A stretch of DNA of 64,000 nt, taken from Pyrinomonadaceae bacterium. GTDB lineage: Bacteria; Acidobacteriota; Blastocatellia; Pyrinomonadales; Pyrinomonadaceae. Shown one piece after another: positions 10,366 to 19,642 of this stretch. The translations under genes were made by a program, and so were the position numbers. Position 1 is the first letter of the stretch, and the number at the start of each line of letters is the position of its first letter. Location: contig DAIMCP010000020.1 of the NCBI GenBank assembly GCA_036726305.1, positions 2,995 to 66,994 of the forward strand. Reading direction: 5' to 3'. A model generated the notes under the pieces. The model was not told where the DNA came from. It ran no database searches and worked only from the letters and a program-made list of their open reading frames with translations.

Positions 10366-12810
10366 ATGATGCGCCGGCTTTTTCGGCTTTTCTACCCAGC
10401 GGACGGTCATGTGCGCCGGCAAACCCTGCTCGGGCTCATGTCTCTCCTGGTGGTAGTGACGCTGAGCACGGCAACGGTCACATTGGTGCAGTCATATCGA
10501 TTCTATGCGGAGGCGATTGAGGCCAGACTGGCCAGCGGGTACCTGACAAGTCGTCCAGGAATCTACGCCGCTCCACGCACAATCTCCCTCGGGCAGCGGT
10601 CCACGCGCGATGACCTGATCAAAGTGCTGCGGCGGGCGGGCTATGGCGAAACTCAGGTCAGTAATGTCTGGAGCGGTAGCTTCAGGGTAGCCGGCAACGT
10701 TATTGAAATTCATCCCAACCAGGTGCAGGAACCGGGCCCAGCCCTCGTGCGGTTCGTCATTAATGACGAAGGGCGAGTTTCAGAGATGACCGGCGACGGA
10801 CACCTGCTCGAGCGCTTTACGCTTGAACCGGAAGCGTTATCCAACGACCCTTCCAGCAAAAGCGGGCAGCGCGCGCAGCTGACTTACAATGATCTGCCTC
10901 CGGTGCTGGTGCAGGCCATCTTATCGATCGAAGACCGGCGCTTCTTTTCTCACCAGGGTCTGGACTTGTTTGGGGTCGCCCGCGCCCTGTTGCGAAATGT
11001 TGGTGACGAGCGGATCGGCCAGGGCGGTTCGACGATCACGCAACAACTCGTCAAGAATACCTACCTATCCCCCGAAAAAACGTATACCAGAAAATTTTCC
11101 GAAGCCATGCTCGCCTTTGCACTCGAGCGCCGGCTGGCCAAGGAAGATATCTTTGCGCTCTACTGCAACGAAGTATTTCTGGGTCAGCGCGGCGCCGTAG
11201 CGGTTCGTGGCGTCGAGCAGGCGGCACGTCTCTATTTTGACAAGGACGTTCGCAGTTTATCGGTGGCTGAGGCCGCCACGATTGCCGGCATGATTCAGGG
11301 CCCTACTCGCTACTCGCCGGATCGGCATCCTGAGGCATCCCGCGCGCGGCGCAATACTGTGCTCGGCACCATGACTCGTGATGGGTGGCTGACAGTCGAA
11401 CAAGCCGGCGCTGCGGCGGAAGAGCCGGTCACAGTCGCGCCAATCAACAACAATGCGGAAGGCTTGGCGCCTTACTTTACAGACTATGTCAACCGCAGTG
11501 CGGACTCTGAAGAGTTCACCGAGTTTCAGCAGGGACGGCGCATCTACACAACTATCGATCTCGATCTGCAGAGCCTGGCGGAGGCGGCCATCAGGAAACA
11601 GATGGACCGGCTGGACCAGACTTACAAAAACCGGGCGGCCAGGCCGCAGGCGGCCCTGGTGGCCCTCGACCCGCACACAGGCGCCGTCCTGGCAATGGTT
11701 GGAGGACGAGATTATGCCGAGACGCAATTAAACCGGGCTACAGACGCGCGCCGGCAACCAGGATCAACTTTTAAGCCATTTGTTTACGCCGCAGCTCTCG
11801 AGAGCGGAATCTCGCCGGTGCAAATGTTCCGTGATGCGCCGCAGGAATTTATCTACGACGGAAAGCGGTCTTACCGCCCGACTAATTTTGGGGGCGGCTT
11901 CTCGATGCGCGAGGTGACGATGCGGACCGGCCTCGTGAAATCCCTAAATGTGGTCACGGTTGACGTCGCCATGCAGACAGGATTGGCGCGGATCGCCAAT
12001 CTTGCGGAACAGTTTGGCCTGCCAAAGCCAGAACGGTTTCCCGCGCTCGCACTGGGAACGACTGAAGTCACGCCGTTACAACTTGCTGCTGCTTATGCCG
12101 CGTTCCTGAGAGGCGGCCGGACTGTCTCTCCATACGTCATCAGTAGTATCGGAAGTCCGGCAAGCCACACCCGAGACCTTCCCTCTCGTCAGGTAATCAA
12201 ACCGACGACCGCGTACATGATCACCAACATGCTCTCAGCAGTTATTGATCATGGCACCGCGCAAGCGGCCCGTGGTGCAGTCAAGTGGAGCGCGGTTGCA
12301 GGCAAAACAGGTACGTCTCGCGATGGCTGGTTCGTTGGCTTCACGCCAAATCTGATCTGCGTGGTTTGGATCGGATTTGATGATAATCAGCAACTCGGGT
12401 TGACCGGCGCCCAGGCAGCCTTGCCGGCCTGGACTGACTTTGTCAACGGGGCACTGCAGCTGCGCCCCGAGCTTGGTGGAAAAAGCTTTGCCTGTCCGGA
12501 AGGAATAAAATTTGTGGAGATCGACACTGAAGATGGCCTTATTTCGACTCTCTCTTGCCCCTCGCGAGAGTTGATTGCCGTCACTGAGTCATTGGCACCT
12601 AATGCGGAATGTTTCAAACATTCAAGTGTGCCCCCTGGCGTGGAAAACGAACCGGTGCAAGCCCTGGCGTCCCACAAGTCTCGTCCGGCCGCAGTCTCTC
12701 GCCCTGAGATGGAACCGGGATCACTGCTGCGCCAGGCTGCGCCGTGGGGTGCCACGCGTGTCGAGGTGGACCAGCGCGGTCGTCGCACCCTGGTTAACGC
12801 CATGCGCTAG
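10366..12810 (+). CDS. mrcA: class A penicillin-binding protein 1A (glycosyltransferase + transpeptidase)
   Basis: GT51 motifs 'EDRRFFSHQGLD', 'GGSTITQQLVKN' and 'RKFSEAMLAFALER'. Transpeptidase motifs 'STFKP', 'SLN' and 'KTGT'. N-terminal TM segment. The ORF opens at GTG 10324; the ATG at 10366 is preferred. Confidence 0.85.
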   Translation: MMRRLFRLFYPADGHVRRQTLLGLMSLLVVVTLSTATVTLVQSYRFYAEAIEARLASGYLTSRPGIYAAPRTISLGQRSTRDDLIKVLRRAGYGETQVSNVWSGSFRVAGNVIEIHPNQVQEPGPALVRFVINDEGRVSEMTGDGHLLERFTLEPEALSNDPSSKSGQRAQLTYNDLPPVLVQAILSIEDRRFFSHQGLDLFGVARALLRNVGDERIGQGGSTITQQLVKNTYLSPEKTYTRKFSEAMLAFALERRLAKEDIFALYCNEVFLGQRGAVAVRGVEQAARLYFDKDVRSLSVAEAATIAGMIQGPTRYSPDRHPEASRARRNTVLGTMTRDGWLTVEQAGAAAEEPVTVAPINNNAEGLAPYFTDYVNRSADSEEFTEFQQGRRIYTTIDLDLQSLAEAAIRKQMDRLDQTYKNRAARPQAALVALDPHTGAVLAMVGGRDYAETQLNRATDARRQPGSTFKPFVYAAALESGISPVQMFRDAPQEFIYDGKRSYRPTNFGGGFSMREVTMRTGLVKSLNVVTVDVAMQTGLARIANLAEQFGLPKPERFPALALGTTEVTPLQLAAAYAAFLRGGRTVSPYVISSIGSPASHTRDLPSRQVIKPTTAYMITNMLSAVIDHGTAQAARGAVKWSAVAGKTGTSRDGWFVGFTPNLICVVWIGFDDNQQLGLTGAQAALPAWTDFVNGALQLRPELGGKSFACPEGIKFVEIDTEDGLISTLSCPSRELIAVTESLAPNAECFKHSSVPPGVENEPVQALASHKSRPAAVSRPEMEPGSLLRQAAPWGATRVEVDQRGRRTLVNAMR

Positions 12811-12821
12811 CCCTCAATCTC

Positions 12822-13199
12822 TCAATTTTTTTCCAGCACGACCTGTGCGATTGCGTGCTCGCTGGTATGCGAAAGCGAAAGATGTGCGGTTGCCCCCGAT
12901 TTTTCAATTAACTCTCTCACTCCACCCGCGAAGACCAGGTAAGGAGCACCGTTCTCGAGTGCGGTGACTTCGACGTCCTGCCAGCCGATGCCCCCACGCC
13001 ACCCAGTTTGCAGGGCTTTCAGGACCGCTTCTTTTGCCGCAAAGCGAGCGGCATAATGTTGAGCGGCCTGGATTCCACGGCTATCGCAGTAGGTTCTTTC
13101 AGCGATGGTGAATACACGTTCGGCAAACCGCGGCGTGCGTGCCAGCACTTCGCGAATGCGCGCGACTTCGATAATGTCTATGCCTATGGAAACGATCAC
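12822..13199 (-). CDS. acpS: holo-[acyl-carrier-protein] synthase
   Basis: 125 aa. N-terminal 'MIVSIGIDIIEVARI' and 'FAAKEAVLKAL' are typical of AcpS. Confidence 0.85.
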   Translation of the reverse strand: MIVSIGIDIIEVARIREVLARTPRFAERVFTIAERTYCDSRGIQAAQHYAARFAAKEAVLKALQTGWRGGIGWQDVEVTALENGAPYLVFAGGVRELIEKSGATAHLSLSHTSEHAIAQVVLEKN

Positions 13200-14046
13200 A
13201 GAGTCTACAGAATTAACCGGCGCCGACTTCTACTGGCGCGAGCTTGATGGAGTCCGCGTCCTGGTGTGTGCGCCCCTGGAACGCGACGGATTCACGAATG
13301 GATTCTCGACCCGCGGTGGGGGTGTCAGTCCGATGCCCCACGCGGCCCTGAACCTGGCCGGATTCAACGAAGACTCGGCGGAAAACATTCTGGAGAATCG
13401 CCGCCGCTTTCTCAAGCTTTTTCCGGGTGAATGGGCGCTGGCGGGCTGCTGGCAGGTGCACGGAGCGCAAATTCGCTCGGTCCGCGAAGCCGAACAAGCA
13501 CAGGCGCGGCCCTATGCGACCGGCGACGAAGATCGCTGCGATGCCCTGGTCAGTGATCTCTCGCAGACGCTGCTGGGCATAAAAACCGCTGACTGTGTGC
13601 CGATTCTAATTGGCGACCCGCGCACCGGGGCGTTTGCCGCAGTACACGCCGGCTGGCGTGGCACTGTCGCTGAGATCGCCAGGCACGCGGTGCAACGCCT
13701 GATTCGTGAGTATGGCACACAACCAGAAGACCTGCGCGTAGCCATTGGACCGGCAGCCGGCGCATGTTGTTACGAAGTGGGCGCGCAGGTGCTCGATGAA
13801 TTCAGCGCCCGCCTCCCCGGCAGCGCGGATTTGTTCACACCTACCCGGGCCGGACATGCGCGCATCAATCTCTTCAAGGCAAATCAAAATCAATTGCTGA
13901 CGATGGGTGTGATAGACGAGCGCATTCATATAAGCTCGCTCTGCACCATGTGCCGCACGGATGAATTCTTCTCCTATCGACAGGAAAAGTCCGTACATGG
14001 GAAGGTCGGCCGGCTGATGGCCGTGATTGGAAGGAAGAACCCCTAA
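13174..14046 (+). CDS. pgeF: YfiH/PgeF-family laccase-domain protein (peptidoglycan editing factor)
   Basis: 'GFSTRGGGVS' and 'ADCVPILIGDP..GAFAAVHAGWRG' motifs, plus a C-terminal 'C..CRTDEFFSYR'. Start is ATG 13174 or 13186; either overlaps the divergent acpS start. Confidence 0.8.
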   Translation: MSMPMETITESTELTGADFYWRELDGVRVLVCAPLERDGFTNGFSTRGGGVSPMPHAALNLAGFNEDSAENILENRRRFLKLFPGEWALAGCWQVHGAQIRSVREAEQAQARPYATGDEDRCDALVSDLSQTLLGIKTADCVPILIGDPRTGAFAAVHAGWRGTVAEIARHAVQRLIREYGTQPEDLRVAIGPAAGACCYEVGAQVLDEFSARLPGSADLFTPTRAGHARINLFKANQNQLLTMGVIDERIHISSLCTMCRTDEFFSYRQEKSVHGKVGRLMAVIGRKNP

Positions 14047-14050
14047 GAGT

Positions 14051-14072
14051 GGAGCAAACGGAGTTTGGCTCC
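14051..14072. terminator. hairpin between convergent pgeF and the DsbD-N-like gene
   Basis: GGAGCAAAC-GGA-GTTTG(G)CTCC stem-loop read directly. The T-tail on the + strand is weak (TAATTGCTTTAT). Confidence 0.3.
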
Positions 14073-14107
14073 TAATTGCTTTATGATATAGAACTCTGGC
14101 TTACCCA

Positions 14108-14668
14108 TCACCGGCGGCCAAAATATTCACTATTGATTCGCCGCGCCGCTTCGTTCGCGCCCACTACCGGAACGTTGAGTTTCACTTCCCGCGTCTGCGG
14201 CGGAAAACACAGCGCGTCGCTGCAACTTTGATAGCGCAGCCTGGCCTTCACTTCCAACGAGTCCGCAGTGAAATTCGCCGGTACGGTGAGGCTAAAGCGC
14301 AAAACAGCGCGACCCTCGTAAACTGACAACTTCTCTTTCGAGAACTGAAAGCTCTGGAGACGCGGGCGAGGATATGTGACTGCTCCCACGCGTACCCCTT
14401 TCGGAGCATCTATCGACAGCTGGGTCGCTATGAGGAATTTTTCCAGAGGCCGATTGGAGTTGACGTGGTAACCGCCAGGGATATCCATCACAATCGCTGC
14501 CTGCAGCGCGCGCCCGCGCTGGGCTTTGTCGGCGGCGAGATAGCTATTGACGCCAATGTTGGGCGCTGATTGAGGCGCCGGGGTGGCAAAGAAATTTGTC
14601 GGGAGAATCAGGATCGCGGTGACCAGTATCACGCGTAAATATTGGCGGGCCAGCCTCTGTATTGTCAT
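14108..14668 (-). CDS. secreted protein with DsbD N-terminal (DsbC/DsbD-alpha-like) domain
   Basis: The ATG at 14668 is preceded by GAGGGG and gives a signal/anchor segment (VILVTAILILPTNFFA). The C-terminal 'YQSCSDALCFPP' resembles the C..C.P signature of the DsbD N-terminal domain family. Confidence 0.5.
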   Translation of the reverse strand: MTIQRLARQYLRVILVTAILILPTNFFATPAPQSAPNIGVNSYLAADKAQRGRALQAAIVMDIPGGYHVNSNRPLEKFLIATQLSIDAPKGVRVGAVTYPRPRLQSFQFSKEKLSVYEGRAVLRFSLTVPANFTADSLEVKARLRYQSCSDALCFPPQTREVKLNVPVVGANEAARRINSEYFGRR

Positions 14669-14765
14669 CAGGTATTTCCCCTCGGAATCGTTTTTTGTTT
14701 GAGCAAACATTGTAGCCTCTCAGGCCTAAACGCCGAAATATGATCCAGCGCAAAGAGAGGCGAGC

Positions 14766-15842
14766 TCAAACCTGGGTTGCCGGGCTTTCGTGGCGAGCAG
14801 CCAGCTGTCCGCAGGCGGCAAAGATATCGCGGCCGCGCGGTTGGCGCACGAACGCGCGTATTCCTTTTGCCTCAAGAATCGCCTTAAAGACTTCGATTCT
14901 TTCTGCCGGCGAAGGTTGATAGGGCAGGGGATCGGCAGGATTATGCGGAATTAGATTTACTTTGGCGCGCAGGCCATGACGATTCAACAGGTTTGCCAGT
15001 TGGCGTGCCTGCTCGTCCGCATCGTTGACGCCCTCGATCATGACATACTCAAAAGTAAAACGCTCTCCCGGCCTCAGAGATTTTTCAAACTCCTGGCAGG
15101 CGGCCAGCAACTCCGCCAGCGGCCATTTCTTGTTGATTGGCATGAGTTCATCGCGCAGTTCGTCCGTGGGCGCTGCCAGCGAAATAGCGAGATGGGGGCG
15201 ATTGGGAATCGTCGCTAGTTCACGGATGCGAGGCACGATGCCGGCGGTTGAGATCGTCACACGATTGGGTACGATAAAGAGTCCCCTGGGACTGGCCATG
15301 ACGCCGAGTGCTTTCAGCAGTTCGTCGAAGTTCAAAAAAGGCTCGCCTGCTCCCATGCCGACAAGGTTGACACCGCGCGGAGTTCTTACGCCAACGCCGT
15401 AGGCATCGTTGAGGGCATGGATGATCTGCTCGACAATTTCACCCGCCGTTAAGGAACGTAGTAAGCCTAGCTGCGCAGTCAGACAAAAAGTGCATTGCAG
15501 TGGGCAGCCCGATTGCGAGGAAAAGCAGATCGTATCGCGATGTTCCTCGGGAATAAAAACCGTCTCGACCGGCCGATTGTCGCGGGTTTTCATCAGGTAA
15601 CGGCGTGTGCCATCGGTTGAAATATAGCGCGATTCCAATGTGAGCGTGGCTGCGGTCGCGTGCTGGTTCAGCTGGGCGCGGAGTTCCCTGGGCAAATCCG
15701 TCATGGCGTCGAAGCACTGGAGACGGCGAGCGTGCAGGGCGGTGAAAACTTGCCGGCCGCGGTATGCAGCCTCGCCCAAAACCTCCATAAAGGCAACGAG
15801 TTCATTCTCAGTCAAGCCGGTCAGATGGGTGGGTTCGATCAT
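14766..15842 (-). CDS. rlmN: 23S rRNA/tRNA (adenine-C2)-methyltransferase, radical SAM
   Basis: Radical-SAM cluster 'CPLQCTFC', 'GMGEPFLN'-like 'GMGAGEPFLNF' and a C-terminal 'IFAACGQL'. Confidence 0.9.
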   Translation of the reverse strand: MIEPTHLTGLTENELVAFMEVLGEAAYRGRQVFTALHARRLQCFDAMTDLPRELRAQLNQHATAATLTLESRYISTDGTRRYLMKTRDNRPVETVFIPEEHRDTICFSSQSGCPLQCTFCLTAQLGLLRSLTAGEIVEQIIHALNDAYGVGVRTPRGVNLVGMGAGEPFLNFDELLKALGVMASPRGLFIVPNRVTISTAGIVPRIRELATIPNRPHLAISLAAPTDELRDELMPINKKWPLAELLAACQEFEKSLRPGERFTFEYVMIEGVNDADEQARQLANLLNRHGLRAKVNLIPHNPADPLPYQPSPAERIEVFKAILEAKGIRAFVRQPRGRDIFAACGQLAARHESPATQV

Positions 15843-16004
15843 CGACGGTATCTTACCATCGTGCTTACTTTGCTCGTACTCAGGGGAAGCTTTACAGGAG
15901 AGATCTGCAATAACACTCTCAATACCCTCACGCTACCACTGTGAACCTCGATGTGAGCCCGAATCGTTTCGCAGGCTCGAAAGTGGGAAGACGCAGGCGA
16001 ATTG

Positions 16005-16041
16005 AAAAAAAACAGGTTGCCGACTTTGCTTTCGGCAACCT
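16005..16041 (-). terminator. rho-independent terminator of the GWxTD gene
   Basis: On the minus strand: AGGTTGCCG-loop-CGGCAACCT followed by T8, immediately after the stop at 16048. Confidence 0.7.
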
Positions 16042-16047
16042 TTCTGG

Positions 16048-17676
16048 TTATTGCGCGATGGAAAATTTCGCAGTTGGTGAAAGTTGCTGGTTTGTTACGT
16101 GATCGCGGATCCGCACCTGAATCTCGTAGTCACCGTTAGTCAAGCCCCGGGTATCGATCAACCGAGCGAGTGTCAACCGTTGACCGGAATTGCCCATGCC
16201 GCGCCAATCCTCCGCCTGTTTACCGAGCTCCTTGCCGTTTTTGGTGAGCGCGTACTCGACATCAACCGACGGTCGAAGTGTGGTTTGGTCAATGCCCGCA
16301 TTGTAAATCTGCAGGTAAACACCCACTGCTTCACCTCGTCGATAAACTCCTGAGACATTCGGAATTACTTTTACCTGGCCGATCACAAACTGGCCCACCG
16401 CCGGTTGATCGCCGACGTTTTCGAGTTTTGAAGCCAGCACCAGGGTAGAGGTTGACAGCTTCTGCGGATCGTATTTCGGAACGGTGAACCCCTGATGAAT
16501 GATGCCAGTAGCTCCCGAAGTCACATCGCGAACTATGACGTCCACTTTGTAGGTTCCCGGCGCGAGCGGCATCGCCTTTTGATAAGCAGACTTGCGGTCT
16601 TTGGCGTCCGCCAGTTCCTCGGCCGTAGCGTTGGTAATGACCGGATCTTCAAACACTCCCACGCGTCGTCCGGCGACCGAGGTGATCTTCGCAAAAATGT
16701 TCATACGTGCCTGCTGCAAACCGCCACTATCCTGGAAGACCAGATCCTTGTTATCGGTCTGAATGGTGAATGCGGTTATGACTCGATCATCCGACTGCCG
16801 GAAAAAATCCACGCGCAGGTCAAATTTGAGCGGATTGTCTTCGATTACGGCCGTGCTGGTCAGTCCGGCCAGGTCGTTGAACTTCACCTGGGGCGGACGA
16901 TTCAAATCTGCAAGCAGGGCCAGGCGCGAGAATGGGCTGTCCTGCTCCCGAGTGTAATTGGCATTGCCGATGCCCCCAATGTTCGCGACGCGGCTCGACT
17001 TGTCCGATAAGCCCAGTTGCTCTGAGAGGGTCAGACCGGCTCCGGGAATATTCAACAACGCATCCTTCTCGTCCGGATTGCGCGCAATCCGGTACTCACC
17101 TGACCCGGTCGGATCGACGAATTCAATTTCAATACCTGAGCCAACGCCGGCCAGATAGCGATAAAACCACATCTCAAAAGGATAAGTGCTGGTTGAGCCA
17201 CCGCCTTCGCTTGAGGGTCGTTCGTAATTGCCTCCCATGGGGTGGGTTTCGCGTTCGTCGGGCTTGCCATACATGATCCAGATGCGACCGCGATCCGTTT
17301 TCCAGCCGGGAATTCCTGAGGCAAAGTGTTCGTTGGCGTATGCCACGCGCTCGTAATATTCCTCTTTGAACTCGTTTTCATCGGTATCCGGATCCGGGTC
17401 GCGCCGGCGCCAGAATTCCTCGATAAAGCGTTCCCGCTCTTCATCGGTTTGCAGCTTCTTAAAGGCCTTCCGCTCTTCATCCGTGATGATGTAAACCACG
17501 TCTTTTTCGAGCCAATCCTTGTAGGCTTTCTTGAGTTCAGGTTTTATGTTGCGCGGTTTATCGGCGGGATCCTGAGATACCTCCCTTGTTTTGGGGTGCG
17601 CGGAGACGGCCAACGCAGCCGGGATCAGCGCCAATACAAAGACTCCGAGGTGAAAAGAGAATTTTCGATGAATCAT
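16048..17676 (-). CDS. GWxTD domain-containing secreted protein
   Basis: Signal peptide (VFVLALIPAALAVSA). Diagnostic 'GWKTDRGRIWIMYGKPD' motif preceded by 'FWRRRDP'. Confidence 0.8.
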   Translation of the reverse strand: MIHRKFSFHLGVFVLALIPAALAVSAHPKTREVSQDPADKPRNIKPELKKAYKDWLEKDVVYIITDEERKAFKKLQTDEERERFIEEFWRRRDPDPDTDENEFKEEYYERVAYANEHFASGIPGWKTDRGRIWIMYGKPDERETHPMGGNYERPSSEGGGSTSTYPFEMWFYRYLAGVGSGIEIEFVDPTGSGEYRIARNPDEKDALLNIPGAGLTLSEQLGLSDKSSRVANIGGIGNANYTREQDSPFSRLALLADLNRPPQVKFNDLAGLTSTAVIEDNPLKFDLRVDFFRQSDDRVITAFTIQTDNKDLVFQDSGGLQQARMNIFAKITSVAGRRVGVFEDPVITNATAEELADAKDRKSAYQKAMPLAPGTYKVDVIVRDVTSGATGIIHQGFTVPKYDPQKLSTSTLVLASKLENVGDQPAVGQFVIGQVKVIPNVSGVYRRGEAVGVYLQIYNAGIDQTTLRPSVDVEYALTKNGKELGKQAEDWRGMGNSGQRLTLARLIDTRGLTNGDYEIQVRIRDHVTNQQLSPTAKFSIAQ

Positions 17677-17733
17677 TAAGAACTCCTGTTACAAACGCCA
17701 AAAAAGTCGCCACGCGTACCCCAGGTGGCCTGA

Positions 17734-17839
17734 TTGACCGAGGATAACTCCAAAGTGAAAGCCAAAAGCGGACCGACGGGCATTGACCGAGGCATTTAAC
17801 ACCCTAGCACTTAGGCGCCGATTCTAAGGGTTGACCGAG
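17734..17839 (+). repeat. three direct copies of TTGACCGAG spaced 49 and 48 nt apart in the intergenic region upstream of the GWxTD gene
   Basis: Read directly: copies at 17734..17742, 17783..17791 and 17831..17839. Confidence 0.6.
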
Positions 17840-17942
17840 AACACAGTCAAGATGCCACAAAGCCCCGGTTTCGTTGCCTTTTCAGAGCGTTCGCCGGTGG
17901 AGGCGCGGGTACCGTCCGGGGCCCAGAAGCAAGGGTCAGCGC

Positions 17943-19001
17943 TTAGGTTTTGGCCCGCGGTTTTCCGAAGATCCAGGCCACAAAAATCGAAATCACGTAG
18001 AGCCCCAGCATAGGCGCGGCGAAAAGCATCATGTTGGGAATGTCATTTGTGGGCGAGACAATGGCCGCCACGATTAGAATCACGATTGCCGAGGTCTTCC
18101 AAATGCGCACCATATAGCCCGCGGTGACGATGCCGATTCGCGCCAGAACATAGGTAATAGCAGGCATCTGGAAGATCAGACCCATGCCCAGCATGATTAT
18201 GATGATGAAGTCAAAGTAGTCGTCCGCCTTCAACAACAGTCGGAATTCGTGTCCCAGGCCCAACAGGTATTTGGCTGCCGGAGGAAAGATGATCTTGTAA
18301 GCAAAGGCCCCGCCGATGATGAATGATATGGACGACAGCCCGATGAAGGGAAAGACATAGCTTCGTTCGTGTGGATATAAGCCGGGCGAAACGAAGGCCC
18401 AAATCTGCCAGAGCAGAAAGGGGACCGACAAACAAACGGCCGCGTAGAGCGAGACTTTGACGTAAAGCGAAAAAGGTTCGATGGCCGTGTTCACGATTAA
18501 CCTGTCATTGAACCCAGCCTTCTTTGAACTGTTAAAATCGACCGGAACGCGAATACCCTTGGGTAGAATTTCGTTGGCTACATAAAGAGGCTCCTCGGTA
18601 AAGAGTCCCAACTGGCCACTGGCGTCTCGAGCATAGCGAGTCGTAACCGTTGCTCCCGCTGGTATTACCGCGGTGCCAATTTTCGTTTCTTCCGCGAACA
18701 CGTATCGGCCTACATCGTTTTCGTTCAAATAACTCAGCGGAACGATCGTTTCTTTTCCCGTTTGTCCAACGATCGGGACATCTCTGCGCTGTGCTTCGGC
18801 GAGAGCTCGTTCGATGGGAATGGCAAGAAAATTATAAATCCGCCCCGAGGCGAACCAACAGGCCATCGCTGCGACCACCACGAACACGATCGACCACATC
18901 AAACGTCGCCGCAGTTCGTCCAGATGCTCCAAAAAAGACATCTGGCCACCCAGGTCTTCAGCCGAGTTTTTTTCCAAGCGAGATCGAAAAAAAGTTGCCA
19001 T
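17943..19001 (-). CDS. tatC: twin-arginine translocase subunit TatC with an enlarged first periplasmic loop
   Basis: 'MSFLEHLDELRRRL' N-terminus (alternative start 18941). 'EPFSLYVKVSL', 'QIWAFVSPGLY..ER' and six TM segments. About 100 residues longer than usual. Confidence 0.85.
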   Translation of the reverse strand: MATFFRSRLEKNSAEDLGGQMSFLEHLDELRRRLMWSIVFVVVAAMACWFASGRIYNFLAIPIERALAEAQRRDVPIVGQTGKETIVPLSYLNENDVGRYVFAEETKIGTAVIPAGATVTTRYARDASGQLGLFTEEPLYVANEILPKGIRVPVDFNSSKKAGFNDRLIVNTAIEPFSLYVKVSLYAAVCLSVPFLLWQIWAFVSPGLYPHERSYVFPFIGLSSISFIIGGAFAYKIIFPPAAKYLLGLGHEFRLLLKADDYFDFIIIIMLGMGLIFQMPAITYVLARIGIVTAGYMVRIWKTSAIVILIVAAIVSPTNDIPNMMLFAAPMLGLYVISIFVAWIFGKPRAKT

Positions 19002-19021
19002 CGTAGGAAAGGGATGGAAGA

Positions 19022-19435
19022 CTATAACCAGTCTCGCTTCGGCGCGGGTTCCACCGTAGCTGGTTCACTCGCAGAACTATTTTCCGCAAATGGAGTCTGC
19101 GCGGCGGCTGTTTCAGGAGCACTGACGCTGGTTTCCATATCAGGTTCGGGCAAATGGTTCAGTGCCTGTCCCCGCCCAACGGTTGCGTCAGGGTAGGAAT
19201 TTGGAGCGAGGATCGAACGGTTCGAATCCTCCGTTTGTGTGCTCTCGACGGCCACCTCGCGTTCCCACGTGTGTTTGAAATCTTCCGAGGCTCTTCTCAG
19301 TTCCGCCAGAGTTTTGCCAATCTGACGGCTGATTTGCGGAAGCTTGCGCGGACCAAAAAAGATTAAGGCGACCACCAGTATGAGCAACATTTCGCTCGTA
19401 CCGAGAGAATCAAGGATAAGCAGTAATGCGGGCAC
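19022..19435 (-). CDS. tatA: twin-arginine translocase TatA/TatB-family protein
   Basis: 'LGTSEMLLILVVALIFFGPRKLPQISRQIGKTLAELRRASEDFK' is the TM plus amphipathic-helix signature. Lies upstream of tatC. Confidence 0.8.
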   Translation of the reverse strand: MPALLLILDSLGTSEMLLILVVALIFFGPRKLPQISRQIGKTLAELRRASEDFKHTWEREVAVESTQTEDSNRSILAPNSYPDATVGRGQALNHLPEPDMETSVSAPETAAAQTPFAENSSASEPATVEPAPKRDWL

Positions 19436-19642
19436 CGGTATTTGTTACCTCTACTGGGTCAATGCGTATGCGATAGCAGGGTCGCACTGGCAATTCGCTG
19501 GCGACAGTATATTACTTTCAAACCATTAACAGCTCGAGAAGAAGAATGCATCAGGTTGGAACCACGAAAAATTAAGTCTGAGGTTTCCTCGTTCGGTAGT
19601 CAACCTAACAGACGGAATTGGCGTGTTCGTCTTGGAACTCTC

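Noticed and set aside
13174-13199. Head-to-head overlap of the acpS and pgeF start regions.
   Set aside because: It depends entirely on which pgeF start is used (13174 or 13186). There is no independent evidence of a functional consequence, so it is treated as start-codon uncertainty.
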